DNA from: Haliotis rubra
Taxonomy: Eukaryota
Direction of reading: 5' to 3'
Length of the DNA stretch: 64,000 nt
Assembly (NCBI RefSeq): GCF_003918875.1
Contig: NW_025766558.1
Span: 1,364,001-1,428,000, forward strand
Shown: in pieces, positions 50,801-62,491 of the stretch
Numbering within the stretch: position 1 is the first letter of the stretch
How the letters are laid out: each line of letters opens with the position of its first letter
Translations under genes and position numbers: made by a program
The notes under the pieces: generated by a model
Told to the model about the DNA's origin: nothing
Seen by the model: only the letters and a program-made list of their open reading frames with translations
Databases searched by the model: none

Positions 50801-53800
50801 GCGAACGTTGCCGTGTCGCTGTTTAATTGTGAGTCGAACTGAGACATTATATCCGTCGAAAACATATACGCAATGTTTCCACCAGTGATGTTAGACGAGT
50901 GAAGCAGTTGCAAACCAAGAAACGGGGTGCTACGGAGTAGTTTACTGTAGGAGGCTGTACGAGAGGCGATGACAACTGACATGCATCATGACGTCGGTTA
51001 CCAAGGGGACAGCAGAATGGCGTAGTGACGTCAATACAGTGTGACGTCATGCAAAAGTGTACTTCAGGACAAATTCTTCCGCAACCTCTTTATGCAACCG
51101 GTTTCGGTTTGAAACCACAACAATAACAAAAATACGCTATTTTGTCAATTCAATGTATGTAAGACGTGGGTAATAAATAAAATACCACACTCGGTCTCAT
51201 TACATCACGAATTATCTGAAGCTTCGTGACCTTCCTATGGTTTCTGACTCGCGGCTTCGCCTCGGTCAGATACCATAGGAAGGACACTCGTTTCGTATAA
51301 TTCATATGTAATGAGACCGTGTGTAGTATTCTCTATATATGATAGCTTCCAATATTTGCCTTCTTAAACTATGAAACACTGGGGGTATATTTTACTCTGC
51401 TACTGCACATTCAATAAAACAATAAATTAAACCCATGGAGTTTTCTAGTTGTCATTATACACAGATCATGGACAGAGACATTAATATTATATGGTGGCAT
51501 GGAAATATAATTACATATTTGACCCTGTAAACAACTGGGAAGCTCGGAAAGGCGTGGAAATATGTGTATATGTATGGATATATTTCATTATATGAAATGA
51601 AGAGCTATCAAGTTGAGATATTTGTAATCAGCTCATCATCTGTGTATCAACATTAATTAAATGTCCACCTGAGCCATCTGTGTTCCACGTGAGTAGTGAT
51701 ATTATACTCTCCTTTCATCCAAAGTCATAAACAGCTGATATCACAGTTATCTGCCTAGTAGTGGAACAATACATACTGGCAGTTACAGTGGGCCAGCCAT
51801 TACAACAACTATGTCACAGACCACGGTTATGACTGGATGATGTACACAGCTGTTGGCACTTTTCCAGATACATCATGGCTGACAGAAATTTTTCTGAGAA
51901 ATGATCCCCAAATCCAGTTGACGACAGTGATGGTCCACACCATCAGGAATGATGATACGGTATACTCCACTATCAGCCTGTTCCCCCTTTGTGACCACCT
52001 AATCATGCATTTCACTTTCAGTCAGGTCTCACGACAACACCCATGGGTCACTGTGGATCTGTTCTGTTCCGCAAACCACATGGGGTACACAATGTCATCT
52101 GAAGTACTTGTTAAGCCCATTTCTGGTGTCCCCCGCGGTGATGTTGCTGGAATATTGCTAAAAGCGGCTTAAAACCAAACTAAGTCAGTCAGTCAGTCAA
52201 GTACTAGTTCCACCCAGACAATCTTCAGTTTAACATGCGGGATTTCGGCAAGAATATAGGTCTCAAGCATCCCGAGCTTGTCACAAGATGTGACTAAACT
52301 CATTGGTTGTCACGTTCAGGGCCAAGGTTAGCTGCATGCCATCATATCAATCAAGATCTCAATCAAAAGACCATGGCCTTATACCTGGAATATTGTTGTG
52401 GGCGACAGATTAAACTTGTATACTTGTCAGGGATTTGGGTGAGAAAAGGTTCCCAGCAACCTATGCTTATTGCATGACTACACGGAAAGGGTGGTGAGAT
52501 TCTGTGACAACAGCATGGACCATTGCTTACAACATCAATCACATGGTTTGACCAGCCATTAGTCCCATGTCATAATAGCTTGGATATTGCTGGCTGCTAA
52601 ATCACTAGAATATATCAATATATCATCCAGGGTATATCATCCTGGGCTCCTTTTCCCAAAGTTATCGTATCGCTACGACTGCTGTAAGTCTATGTTACAG
52701 TATATGAGGTATGATTGCTACAAGAACAGTTACAAGTAGAGCTGTGATGATATATCGTTGAATTTAAAATCGTGATACTTTATCTAACGATATATATATA
52801 TATATCAATTCTTTCTTTCGTATCGTGATATGTATCGTTGATCTTAAAACTGTTAATTTTCACCAGAAATTGACGGTTATTTCAAAACTTACACTGTACC
52901 TTGCTATCAAAATATACTTTTTAAAAGAAAATAACTAAACATGGCATATCGCGATTTGCATCGAATCGAATCGTATCGTTCCAAGATATCGCAATATGTA
53001 TTGTTTCGTGAAATTTCTATACCGTCACATCTCTAGTTACGAGATCTTAGGCTTACAAGAGTTTTGTGAAACGGGGTCCTGTACTGCACCTATTGTACCA
53101 GGGCATCTCAATCCAAGCAATACAAGAGATCTTTCACCCAACGTGTGCTTCGCTTACCAGACTGGCAAAGTGACAGTCAGAATGTGTTTTCTAATCAAGC
53201 AGCCTCGAAAAAGGTCAAGACAGGGTATTCTGAATGACAGATGCTGGCTGTACAACTAATTCCGTATAAATTCTAGCTTCTTAGGAATAAACATCTGAAA
53301 GGAAAGAGACTTTCCTAAACCTGGAGGGAAGCACTGCCTTTCAATCCAGACCATCCATAAGATTTTCCAGAATATGTAAAGCTCAGTTCATAAATCAGGC
53401 TTTACATTGAAAATAGTGAATTGAAATATTCATCCACATGAGTTAGCTTGGAAAAATATTGTGGTGGATGTTGCCAGTTTGAAACTGATTGTTTAACTGG
53501 TTTTAACTACATTTTTATACCTTATGAAAACTGACTATCAACAAGTCCATGACAAAAGTTGAATTTTTGATCATTTGGGCAGGCATTATATGTTTACAAT
53601 TTTACTTATATATTTTATCTATAAGTACTGGGCATGATACTGTCACTACATCTAGCTCTTCCATTTTTTCAAACACTCATTGCAATTTCTTGATTCAATA
53701 CCTCTTAAACTGTCTAAGAAACACATCCATATATCCTGTCATTGAGATATTACAAGTAATATTTGTGGTGGCAGTCTGTTTGCTAATTTGTTAAAATGGA

Positions 53801-54172
53801 CACTTGTCACAAAGGGGGCCTGTTTTGATTGGACAAAAGTCTACAAAGTGTGAAACATATTTCCTGTATCCTAAGCAACGTTGTTGCTAAAACACCATAA
53901 AATAATACTCACTCACACCAAATATGCTTAGTCATGGCATGTCTGGGGCTCTCAGTGGTCTCACCTGCTAATTTCAATCTTTCTGGTTTAGCCAAGCCAA
54001 TTATTCGCTTTACTTCAGAAATCTTTGGCACGGCTGTCTTTGAATTGTTCTGAACTCCTGGGGCCTTCTGACGCCATATAGGGGAAGTTTTTAGTGTCCG
54101 GTACTGTACCAAAACCTTCCACAGAGATGATGGCCGCAAAGGTGACCCTCCAAGTATCCTTATAGAATTCAT
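35819..54172 (-). CDS. ABCB10: Mitochondrial ATP-binding cassette sub-family B member 10 (half transporter)
   Basis: Twelve phase-consistent exons: 54172-53965, 47303-46897, 46587-46453, 46215-46069, 44440-44305, 43605-43510, 43221-43015, 39316-39237, 38969-38789, 37760-37717, 36900-36866, 36047-35819 (1905 nt, 634 aa). Basic, acid-poor N-terminal presequence; TMD ([38 protein letters not shown]); Walker [10 protein letters not shown]; signature [14 protein letters not shown]; Walker [13 protein letters not shown]; H-loop IAHRLST. Confidence 0.95.
36075..36740. repeat. 22-bp minisatellite, about 30 copies, filling most of the last ABCB10 intron
   Basis: Unit ACACAGGTAATACACCCACCTT and variants. 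Confidence 0.93.
37250..37640 (+). mobile_element. Non-autonomous Helitron/Helentron-like (HINE-type) element
   Basis: Starts near ACTAGA; two internal repeats about 168 bp apart (ATTCATGTYCTGAAAACACATACCA...CTGAGAAAATCTGT); GACA/GACG microsatellite; short 3' hairpin followed by an A-tract. Confidence 0.6.
37826..38205. repeat. 39-bp minisatellite, about 9-10 copies
   Basis: Unit TCCATACTACCCAACACTTGATAGGGTTCAGTCAGTTAA. Confidence 0.95.
39383..39781 (+). mobile_element. SINE-like family B with its 52-bp head tandemly repeated 4 times; other copies near 6927-7160 (-), 33088-33320, 58730-58947
   Basis: Conserved ATGCTTGTCRTAAGAGGCGACTAA...CAGGCTCGCTGACTTGGTTGACACATG...TGTCTGGTCCAGA; 3' tail GCTGGAATATTGCTGAGTGTGGCGTAAAAC(ACTC)n is shared with family A. 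Confidence 0.8.
40130..43014 (-). repeat. 47-bp minisatellite (about 60 copies) derived from the ABCB10 exon 7 end plus donor
   Basis: Minus-strand unit CTCCTACGTATGTACGATCCCTCACAGG|GTAAGTCTGATCCACACCA versus the true junction CTTCTCCGCATGTATGATCCCACGCAGG|GTAAGT. Confidence 0.95.
43606..44165 (-). repeat. 46-bp minisatellite (about 13 copies, some 30-bp truncated) derived from the ABCB10 exon 6 acceptor plus exon start
   Basis: Minus-strand unit TATGGTATATATTGCAG|GCTTGACGACTTTCTACACAGACATGAAG versus the true ATTGCAG|GCTTGACGACATTTTACACCGAGCTGATG. Confidence 0.93.
44441..45835 (-). repeat. 69-bp minisatellite (about 20 copies) derived from the ABCB10 exon 5 acceptor plus exon start
   Basis: Minus-strand unit ...TTATCTCYCCTGTTTCTGACAG|ACTGGGATGTCTGGTAATGTGGTCATGCAGTCAGT versus the true exon start ACTGGGGTGTCTGGTAACGCCATCGTGCTGTCAGT. 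Confidence 0.95.
46781..46900 (-). repeat. 20-bp repeat (5 intact plus 1 degenerate) of the ABCB10 exon 2 donor
   Basis: Minus strand GATG|GTGAGTTG repeated every 20 bp. Confidence 0.9.
47935..50325. repeat. 38-bp minisatellite, about 60 copies (ABCB10 intron 1)
   Basis: Unit CACACAGAATACAGTCAACATGGACGTCCAGTAACCCR, containing the palindrome TGGACGTCCA. Confidence 0.97.
50565..51330. mobile_element. Non-autonomous element with inverted repeats and a terminal long hairpin
   Basis: TATTACCCATGT (about 50567) and ACGTGGGTAATA (about 51164) form an inverted pair. It is followed by an imperfect hairpin of about 150 bp (51181-51330) centred on GGCTTCGCC. Confidence 0.55.
52737..53035. mobile_element. 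hAT-like MITE, apparently nested in a second TIR element (about 52642-53080)
   Basis: TIR TAGAGCTGTGATGATAT / ATACCGTCACATCTCTA; 8-bp TSD GTTACAAG/GTTACGAG; TATCG-rich interior. Outer imperfect inverted ends GGGCTCCTTTTCCCAAAG / TTTTGTGAAACGGGGTCC. Confidence 0.7.
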
Positions 54173-54734
54173 ATTCCGTAGTATTAGTGGCGCACACGAT
54201 CACCACGAATGTGTCTGCACAGGTGAGGAGCTATGAGCCCGACTCGTCACAGTTTCTGACACGGTGACTCGGAAGAGCTGTGCCTTGCCGACTAAATGAG
54301 GCTTATGCAACAGTTCACAGCCAGTGACAACTGCCAATCCAAGGGCAAAACAAATTTTGTCATTTTGTGTTTAATTAATGGCAATAAATCTAAGGTAATT
54401 ACGTTTCTCTTGCCATTGCAATATATTTAATGTTGTAAATAAGCAAATCAAAACATTCCACACGTGAACATACAGTACGCTGACATTTTTTTGCCTTAGA
54501 TCTACAGCGCCCTCTATGAGAAATGACGTATACATTTTGGTATTCATCCTAAACACAGTTATTTCCCTTATAATGTTTACAGTATAATGCTTCATACATA
54601 GATATTTCCTGGTGTGGATTTTATAGGTTGTAGGTGATTCCCCTGTTTAAGTTCCTTATTGAAACCGCGCAGGACTACAATCGTTTTCATCACAACGTTC
54701 TTTTATAATGAAATCCACAATGTACTGAGGGTCA
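54173..54734. promoter_or_regulatory. Probable bidirectional promoter between ABCB10 and the death-domain gene
   Basis: Only about 560 bp separate the two divergent predicted start codons; CpG-containing; CRE-like TGACGTA near 54524. Confidence 0.45.
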
Positions 54735-57700
54735 ATGGCTTCGAGAAGGACAGGTGAGGCAACTGAGCATTTCAACGGCAATATGATGATCAAATTTTCT
54801 ACGAATGTTATAACTTGTGCTGTAGGTACTCAGTTTAGACCGCACATTTGCAACCCGACTCGTAAACAACTTGTTTTGGAATATTCATACCCGTTTCCCC
54901 CACCAGTCACCCACAATCACCAACCCCCACCAATCAACCACAGCTAGCCGTTCCCCCCACCAATCACTCACAATCACCAACCCCCACCAATCACCCATAG
55001 CTACCCGTTCCCCCCACCAATCACCCACAGCTACCCGTTCCCCCCACCAATAGGGGTGGTGGGGTAGCCTAATGGTTAAACCGTTGGCTCGTCACGCCCA
55101 AGACCCGGGTTCGAATCCCCACATGGGCACAATGTGTGAAGCCCATTTCTGGTGTCCCCCGCGGTGATGTTGCTGGAATATTGCTAAAAAGCGGCGTAAA
55201 ACCAAACTCAGTCAGTCAGTCAGTCCCCCCACCAATCACCCACAGCTACCCGTCCCCCCACCAGTCACCTACAATCACCAATCACCACTCAGCTACCCAT
55301 CCCCACCAATGACGCACAGCTACCCATCCACCCACAGCTACACCCCCAACCCCCACCACCACCAATCACCACACAGCTACCTGACCAGTGTCCTCCCATT
55401 TGTGAGAACTCCCAGTTGTGAGACACATTAATTAATGGTTCAGTGCACATAGGTGGTGTTTCCACATCCCCACAATGAAAGTGGGATCAGCCCAGCCCAG
55501 TACCCACAGGAGGCATAGTTCATTGATGAGTTGATTAATGAAATAGATTATCAAAGATTTTATTTACAAAGACGAAATAATTCATTTAATATTTTATTTA
55601 TTCAGAAGAATATGTAATTATGATAACACATTTTTATTGACTATTATGAAGTTTGAAAGTCGTTTTGGTTTAAACATATTTTATTATCATTATCATAGTG
55701 TTTGATTTTTATGGACATTTACTGGAGTATGTTAATCAATTTATCTTATAAAGTTTCATTAAGTTACCTCCAAAAGATTCAGTTACATAGCAAATCAGTA
55801 ATTAGCTAGGGTTAATCCATTCCATCATGCAGGGTGTGTGTTTTCTTTGTTAATTACCTACTCCACTGTCTCTTAACTGGGAGTCTCACAAATGGGAGTT
55901 CTCACAAATGGGAGTAGACCACCTGACCCCCACCATTCACAACACAGCTACACAACCCCCAACCAATCACCACACAATCACAACCATCCCTATATGACCT
56001 CCCACCCTTCTGACAGATTGTCAAGGCTATTGAGGTTGTCAAATAGAATACCAACATGACCCATACTGGGGTATACATTCTTTGTAACCCTTTGAACCTC
56101 TCATGTTTTTTCCTTTTCTCATCTTCACCTATTTTATGCTTGTCTGATACATAGAGTGCCATTATCTATGTTTCTTGCGTTTCCTAGATATGAGAGTTGA
56201 GGGTACCCATGGAGATCAGTATGTGGGAGCGTATGGGTTTCCTGATGGAGTCAACACACAGTCTGGGGCTGCTAGTCCAGATACCTACAGTCAGTCTACA
56301 CCGAATCACAGAAACACCAGTCACATGTCAGGAGGCATAAATGCTGCCACGTCTTCTTCAGCACATGTGCTTGGTGGCACATCATCTCCAGAACGTGCCA
56401 CACCCCCTTCAAGATGTGTGCTGAGAGAGACACCCCCACCAGGTCAAATGCTTGGTGCAACACGCCCTCCAGGTCAAGTGATTGGTGCCACACCCACTCC
56501 AAGACATATGCTTGGTGCCACACCCCCTCCAGATCAAGAGCTTGGTGCCACACCTCCTTCATGCTCAACGACAATTGCTGTTCAACACCCAGCTTCTCAA
56601 GACAAGGATCATGATATTCCAGGACGGCATCAGATTCTGGAGTCACAGGAACCTATTTCTGAAACAGCAGCAGGTTAGCTTGACAATAACTCAACCACAG
56701 CTTTAATCAGTACGACTGGATACACAACAAGGCTCCTGACAGCCATTTGAGCTACTGACTATTTACCTTCCTGTTATCATCCACAATGGATGTTGACAGG
56801 TTTCATTGGGTGTTCGCTCATTTTTAACCCTCCTGATTAAAGTTTATTGTGTATTTTTACATCAATGAGCAGACATTTGGTTTACAAATACTTTTTCATT
56901 TGACTTCTTATCTATATTTCTTGGAGTGTTGTCACAAACATGTTGTATTATACTAGTGGGTTTTCACCCTGTTTCAAGAGTATTGTTCAAATTTAACTGG
57001 ATAAAGGTGATGCAATTTTTTTATGCAAATGAAACCTGTAACCAGGTAAAACATTAAAAGATTGATTCTAAGATCAAATATTTCATATATTTCTGACCTT
57101 TGGCAGAGTTGATATATTTAAAGTACTTCAAGCTGTAAAATCTAGATCATTACACAGATATTCTCTCTGTCCCCTAACAGCCCTGAAGAAGCTGCAGGAG
57201 GCTCCATCAATCTCCTCCCTCCCTCCAACACAGACCCCGGCGAGTGAATCATCGAAGAAATACAACAGTGAGTGCAAAGTCCCATCCTTCAATGACTGTA
57301 TGACATTGAATGATTTGTGAACACATCTGACGTATATTCTGGTATTCATAACCTCCAACTGAACTTCTTGTTGAATGGTGTCAATTCCTCTTTTCAGTAT
57401 GTTTATTACAGCTATCGGTACCAACATCCTGTTTATATTACCTGTCAGCACTGTTTATTGCATCTGTTAGTGCCCCCTATCCTGTTGATTCCTCAGTTAA
57501 TGTCCATCTATTCTGTTATTTCCCAGTAATGCCCCCTATCCTGTTTATTCCAGTTAATGCCCCTTCCCTTCTGCTTATTCTCCAGTTAACGACCTGTTAT
57601 CCTGTTAATTCACCAGATAATGCCCCTCTATTCTGTATATTCCCTAGTTAATAATCCACTATCCTGTTCAATCCACAGTTAATGCCCATTATCCTGTATA

Positions 57701-60700
57701 TTCCCAAATTAATACCCTGATATCCTGTTTAGAACCCAGTTAATGTCCCTGTATCCTGTTTATTCCATGATCAATGCCCCTATATCCTGTCTATTCCCCT
57801 TATTAATGCATCTATTTCCTGTTTATTCTCCCTGGTAATGCATCTGTACCTTGTTTATTCCTCCTGTTACTGCATCTATATCCTGTTTATTCCCCCTGTT
57901 ACTGCATCTATTTCCTGTTTATTCTCCCTGTTAATGCATCTATATCCTGTTTATTCCCCCTGTTACTGCATCTATTTCCTGTTTATTCTCCCTGTTAATG
58001 CATCTGTACCTTGTTTATTCTCCCTGTTAATGCCTCTATATCCTGTTTATTCCCCCTGTTAATGCATCTGTATCTCGTCAGTTGCTGTGCCGTCTGTGGG
58101 GTGTGAGAGTCTGTCGACGGCCCAGGCCTGGTTGCAGCTGAGTCTGAACAGTGGATCCCTGACTGGCGCTGCTCCCAAACTCCAGGATGCTCAAGTCTCC
58201 AACACCAACCCAGCAACAGGCATCAGCATCATTGAGGACAAGCAAGTGGAATCCAAGATGCCAAATATTTCATTTCATCAAAATTCCATTGAATCAGAAC
58301 AGATTGTTACATCTTATGTAGGAATGGCGCTGTCTGACAATGGAGAACGTTTAGCAGATTTCATGTCTGACCTCCCAACCGAGAAGCAAAACACATCATC
58401 CTGGTTTGCCAACAACCTTGACCAGAGTAGTCATGTTCGTCAGTGGGAGACAGAATCTTCCAACCTCCCACACAATATCTCACAACAGAGCATCTCTCTC
58501 AATGAAGGTAAACTAGAATGTTTTCTCCTATACTTTTGTAAAAGTAAAATAAAGATTTCATCATCAGTGCTCAAAATTTTACGGGCTTTAAATTAAGTGA
58601 TAGACATGTGAGACTTACATCACTTCAGGCTTCCACATGTTAAGCTGCCACACTGTAATTAAATGTGATGGGAATACTCTTGAAAAAGGCATTGCCTGTG
58701 CAGATCTGGCGTGGAATTGATCTTCAGCAGCAGATGCTTGCCGTAAGAGGCGACTAAGAGGATTGGGTGGTCAGGCTCACCAACTTGGTTGATGCATGTC
58801 ATTGTTCCCCAGTCATGTAGATCAATGCTCATTATGTCAATCATTGCATTATCTGATTCAGACTTCATTATTTACCGATCACCATCATACAGCTGGAAAA
58901 CTGCTTATAAACATACATCAAAGCAACATTAAACCCAACTCACTCACCTTAGAGTTTACTATAATACACTCTTCAAAAAAAGAAACGCATAAGCTTTGTT
59001 AGAAGAATTTATAGCATTAGTTTAAAAGCAATTACTTCATGTAATTTCAATGGTAAAAAGGTGAAAATTCACACATCTATAGACAAAGCAATCGCCAACA
59101 CAACAGCAGCCTTTATTGTTGTGTTTCTGTTTACTTGAGTCCACAAGATGGCGTCAAAGTCAGCACTTCGTGTGGCCACCGTTGGCATCAATTACTGCTC
59201 GGCACCATCTCGGCACAGACTGGAAAAGTCGACAAAGTCGCTCTTGCGGAATTCTTCCCCACTCTTCCTGCAATGTAATGGCCAGTTGTGGAAGTGTCTG
59301 AGGTGTGTTTTGACGCTGACGTCGATCGAGTTCATCCCATAGGTTCTATTGGGTTTAGATCTGGTGACTGGGAAGGGCATGGCAAGACATTGACGTTAGA
59401 ATTGGTAAGGTAGTGAACTGTGATGCGTGCTGTATGTGAAGTAGCATTGTCATGCTGGAACACCAGTGGGTCCCCACTTCACGCATTCGATTCCTGACAG
59501 TTTGGTCTGGAATTCTTCTGAAACCAGGGATGCTTTATGCAGTCTCCGTGGCTGTGGCAAGATGATGACGCAAGTGAGCATCCCGGATGTAGCGGTCCAG
59601 GGCTTGGGTGATAACTCTTGGACGGCCATTTCTCTGGTGATCTTGGGCAGAATTGATCTGCAGGAAATGATTCCAAAGGCAAGATATCGTGCTATGATGA
59701 ACGTTGAAATGTCGGGCAACTGCAGACTGCAACTCCCCAGCTTCAAGGTGGCCTATGGTGATGTTTCGATTGTAGGCACTCATGAGTCCAATATTCTCAA
59801 AATCACATATGCATTTCTTTTTTTGAAGAGTGTAGTATCTGTATCAAGAGATCCCACAAGCTCTATATGTCACTGAATTTTCTGTACTCAGTACTGATCA
59901 TTGTTTAGTCAGGGTGCTATTCATCATCATCATGTGGCTTCTACATCGGATTTGAAATTACTTGTTTACAGATCTAAGTCTAACGGCCCGGAAGACTCTC
60001 ACTAAGTCAACCCAGACTGACCCCACTGTTGGACAGGTAATGATTGTAACGAGCAGGTAACTTATGAAAATAAGCAGGGCATTGTAATAGTGAGGCTGCT
60101 CGTTGTTGTAATGAAGAAGGTAATTGATCTATGACCACTGCCAGGTAAATTTTCAAATAATTTAGGTGAAATAAATTTCATTTTTTAAATTAGATATGAA
60201 AGTTTAGGCAGGTAAATAATCTAATTAGGCAGGTAACTGACTTGTATGCCTGTGAGGGTCATGGGTACAAGTGGGGCAGCGTTATGTCCCCGGAATAGAA
60301 ATGCAATGATGAAACAGGTGAAAAAATCATTCATTCACACATAATATTGCAGTGAATTTAATGCAAGCAAAAATATAGCAAGGTTAAAGTCATGATAACA
60401 CTATAGAAGCTGCAGTGGCTGGGTGGGTTAGATGGCTGACTTTGTGTGCTGGTGATTAGCGCCTGACTCTGAGAGTGTGGGTTCAAATCCCAGTTAGGAC
60501 TCAACCGAACCAAAGTATTAGATTCTGTACTTTACTGAGAAAGTGTCATCCCAAATATAACGTGTTACACTGTAGCATTGAAGGGAATATGTATGATTAT
60601 CATCCTTCATATACACACACACTAAACACCACACCTATTGACTGTTGGAAGAAAAACTGAAAGTGTTGCCAACTATTTGCTGATGATTTTATGAGTGCCT

Positions 60701-61563
60701 CATTGTCTATCTCCAGGATCAGGAGGGGTGTGGAGGGGCGGCAAGCGCTGAGCTCGGAGGTGAGTGGCAGCATCTCATCACGTTAGGCAGGTCGAGGATT
60801 GTTTACACACTGCAATATTGAACTCAGTGATTCAACACTGTGTAGGTTTATTCTATGTCAGTATGAATAAAATAATGTACTGGACAGTTACCAAGCAGTC
60901 TCTGGTTACAGCAATTCCATTCTGAATGTGTATTTTGTTTAAGATAAGATAAGGTAACACTTTATTACCAAAAAGGAATTCTTTTTACACCAAACAGAGC
61001 ATGACATGATACAATAAAATGGTACTGTGTCAATGAAAACGTGCAATAATATCCCCAAACTTGTCACTAATGTTACCAGAGTAGATGGTGTCACTGATTA
61101 ATCTGAGGTCGGACATGTAAATGAGGTATTCTTTAAATCAGCTTTAAATCACATCTTAGAAGATACTGATGTTTGTATCTAACATGGATCTAATGAATCA
61201 GTGTTTTCCCTCTGCTGTTCAGTCCAAACAATGGCTTATGGATCCTCGTCCAGTCTGCCGCCAGATGACATCCTGGTGCGTAAGTTGAAGCGGCCAATCA
61301 TACAGTGGTTGCAGAGGAAGCTGGAGACACGAATCGGGGCAGCATGGCAGGACCTTGTTGATCTTCATGACTGGGACTATGACCGAATCACAGATTTTGA
61401 GAATCACTGCGACAGTTCTTCGAAGAGTCCTTTCTGTATGCTCCTGGCTGAATCTGAGTTCCAGATGTATCGACTTTGTGATTTGAAGAAAGATTTGTTA
61501 AAACTCCCACGGAAAGATATTCTGCATGACCTTGACGCCATCATGAACAAACACTACAAGTGA
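54735..61563 (+). CDS. Uncharacterised protein (about 488 aa): low-complexity disordered N-terminus with 10-aa repeats and a C-terminal death-domain-like fold
   Basis: Seven exons join in frame with GT-AG sites: 54735-54753, 56188-56673, 57181-57267, 58082-58507, 59972-60036, 60717-60759, 61223-61563 (1467 nt). The last exon shows the death-domain pattern L..KL......W..L......Y..I..F.......SP...LL........L..L...L..L.R.D....L. Confidence 0.72.
54890..55390. repeat. Degenerate C-rich tandem repeat interrupted by a SINE
   Basis: Units like ACCAATCACCCACAGCTACCCGTTCCCCCC. Confidence 0.75.
55053..55224 (+). mobile_element. tRNA-derived SINE family A; other copies near 3668-3780 (-), 18975-19137, 19160-19290, 30140-30288, 32954-33050 (-), 52075-52198
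   Basis: A box TAGCCTAATGG, B box GGTTCGAATCC, shared core GAAGCCCATTTCTGGTGTCCCCC, tail GCTGGAATATTGCTAAAAGCGGCGTAAAAC plus (ACTC/AGTC)n. Confidence 0.85.
57465..58075 (+). repeat. 32-bp pyrimidine-rich degenerate minisatellite running up to the exon 4 acceptor of the death-domain gene
   Basis: Unit CATCTATATCCTGTTTATTCCCCCTGTTAATG. Confidence 0.85.
58967..59832 (-). mobile_element. Internally deleted Tc1/mariner transposon in intron 4 of the death-domain gene
   Basis: TA TSD; TIRs CACTCTTCAAAAAAAGAAACGCATA / TATGCATTTCTTTTTTTGAAGAGTG. HTH fragment [28 protein letters not shown]...GRPRVIT and an SPDLNPIE remnant. Confidence 0.9.
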
Positions 61564-62269
61564 ATGAATGATACATCGTAGCCCTGGGTAAATCTGGGTC
61601 GTATCCCAAATACATCAGATGTCAAAGTATACTCCCCTCCCCCAATTTATTTCATAACGATCATCTGAATAATTGGCAAACTTACATGTCCCTTTTTGGC
61701 ATGTATGCCTGGTGAGCTAAGAATGAGGGCATTTTAAAAATGAATATGAAATAGACTGCATAGGGCATAAAATGAATTCAAAGATGAATCTGAATATCAG
61801 GTGATACTGAAGGCTGGAGCATAACTGAGGTTAGTGATTAGAAGATAATATCTTTGTTGGAGAAACTACAGTTGACAGTCAAAATAAAATCAGATTTTCA
61901 GACAAACTGAAAAGCTATTCCAATAATGGCCCAGACAACATGCCAGTATATTTATGTGAATGTGAGTTTTTAAATATTCAGTTATTGGGGGTAGAGGTTT
62001 CAGAAGTTTCAGCTTAATCCAGCAGCCATAAAATGTGTTTAATTTCAAATTGCATACTCGTGTTTCATTGCCCTGCTGCATGATGTCATTGGCTTCATAT
62101 TGTATACAGTGATTTTGTGCAAATTGTTAAATAAGCATTCTATGGAGTTATAATTGTTGACAGATTCATTTCTGTGAACTGACTTCGAAATGTTTGCACG
62201 TTTGTGAGAAAATGTTATAAATGAGAAAAATAACCCAGTGTGCATTACTGTTGGGAATCAGTTGAAATC

Positions 62270-62491
62270 TCACAATTGATAATCCTTCCGATTAACATGT
62301 GACACCCAAACACGACGACGATCTTCATTCACAGGAAACCTATGGAGATGATAGGGAAACAAACAAGGGCAGTCCTTCCGTGGCAGTTTGTGGACTGTAC
62401 AGGGCAATTCCTTCCATATACGTAGATTTCTCTGGCTATTTGTACAGTCTCTCATTGCACAAATTCTCCCTGATCCACGTTCAAAAGGCAT
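62270..62491 (-). mobile_element. Truncated THAP zinc-finger ORF, probably a DNA-transposon remnant (Kolobok/Harbinger/P-type)
   Basis: MPFERGSGRICAMRDCTNS...LHRFPVNEDRRRVWVSHVNRKD has the N-terminal CxxxxC, F-P and W of a THAP domain but stops before the C..H pair. Confidence 0.6.

Noticed and set aside
54173-54363. Longer N-terminal extension of ABCB10
   Set aside because: In-frame TGA at 54200-54202 upstream of the ATG at 54172; the ATG at 54363 opens only a short ORF.
57317-57529. ORF with a weakly RHIM-like segment (GIHNLQLN) that would suggest an IMD/RIPK-like protein
   Set aside because: It lies in an intron of the phase-consistent model and lacks the (I/V)Q(I/V/L)G core; no RHIM was found in the spliced protein.
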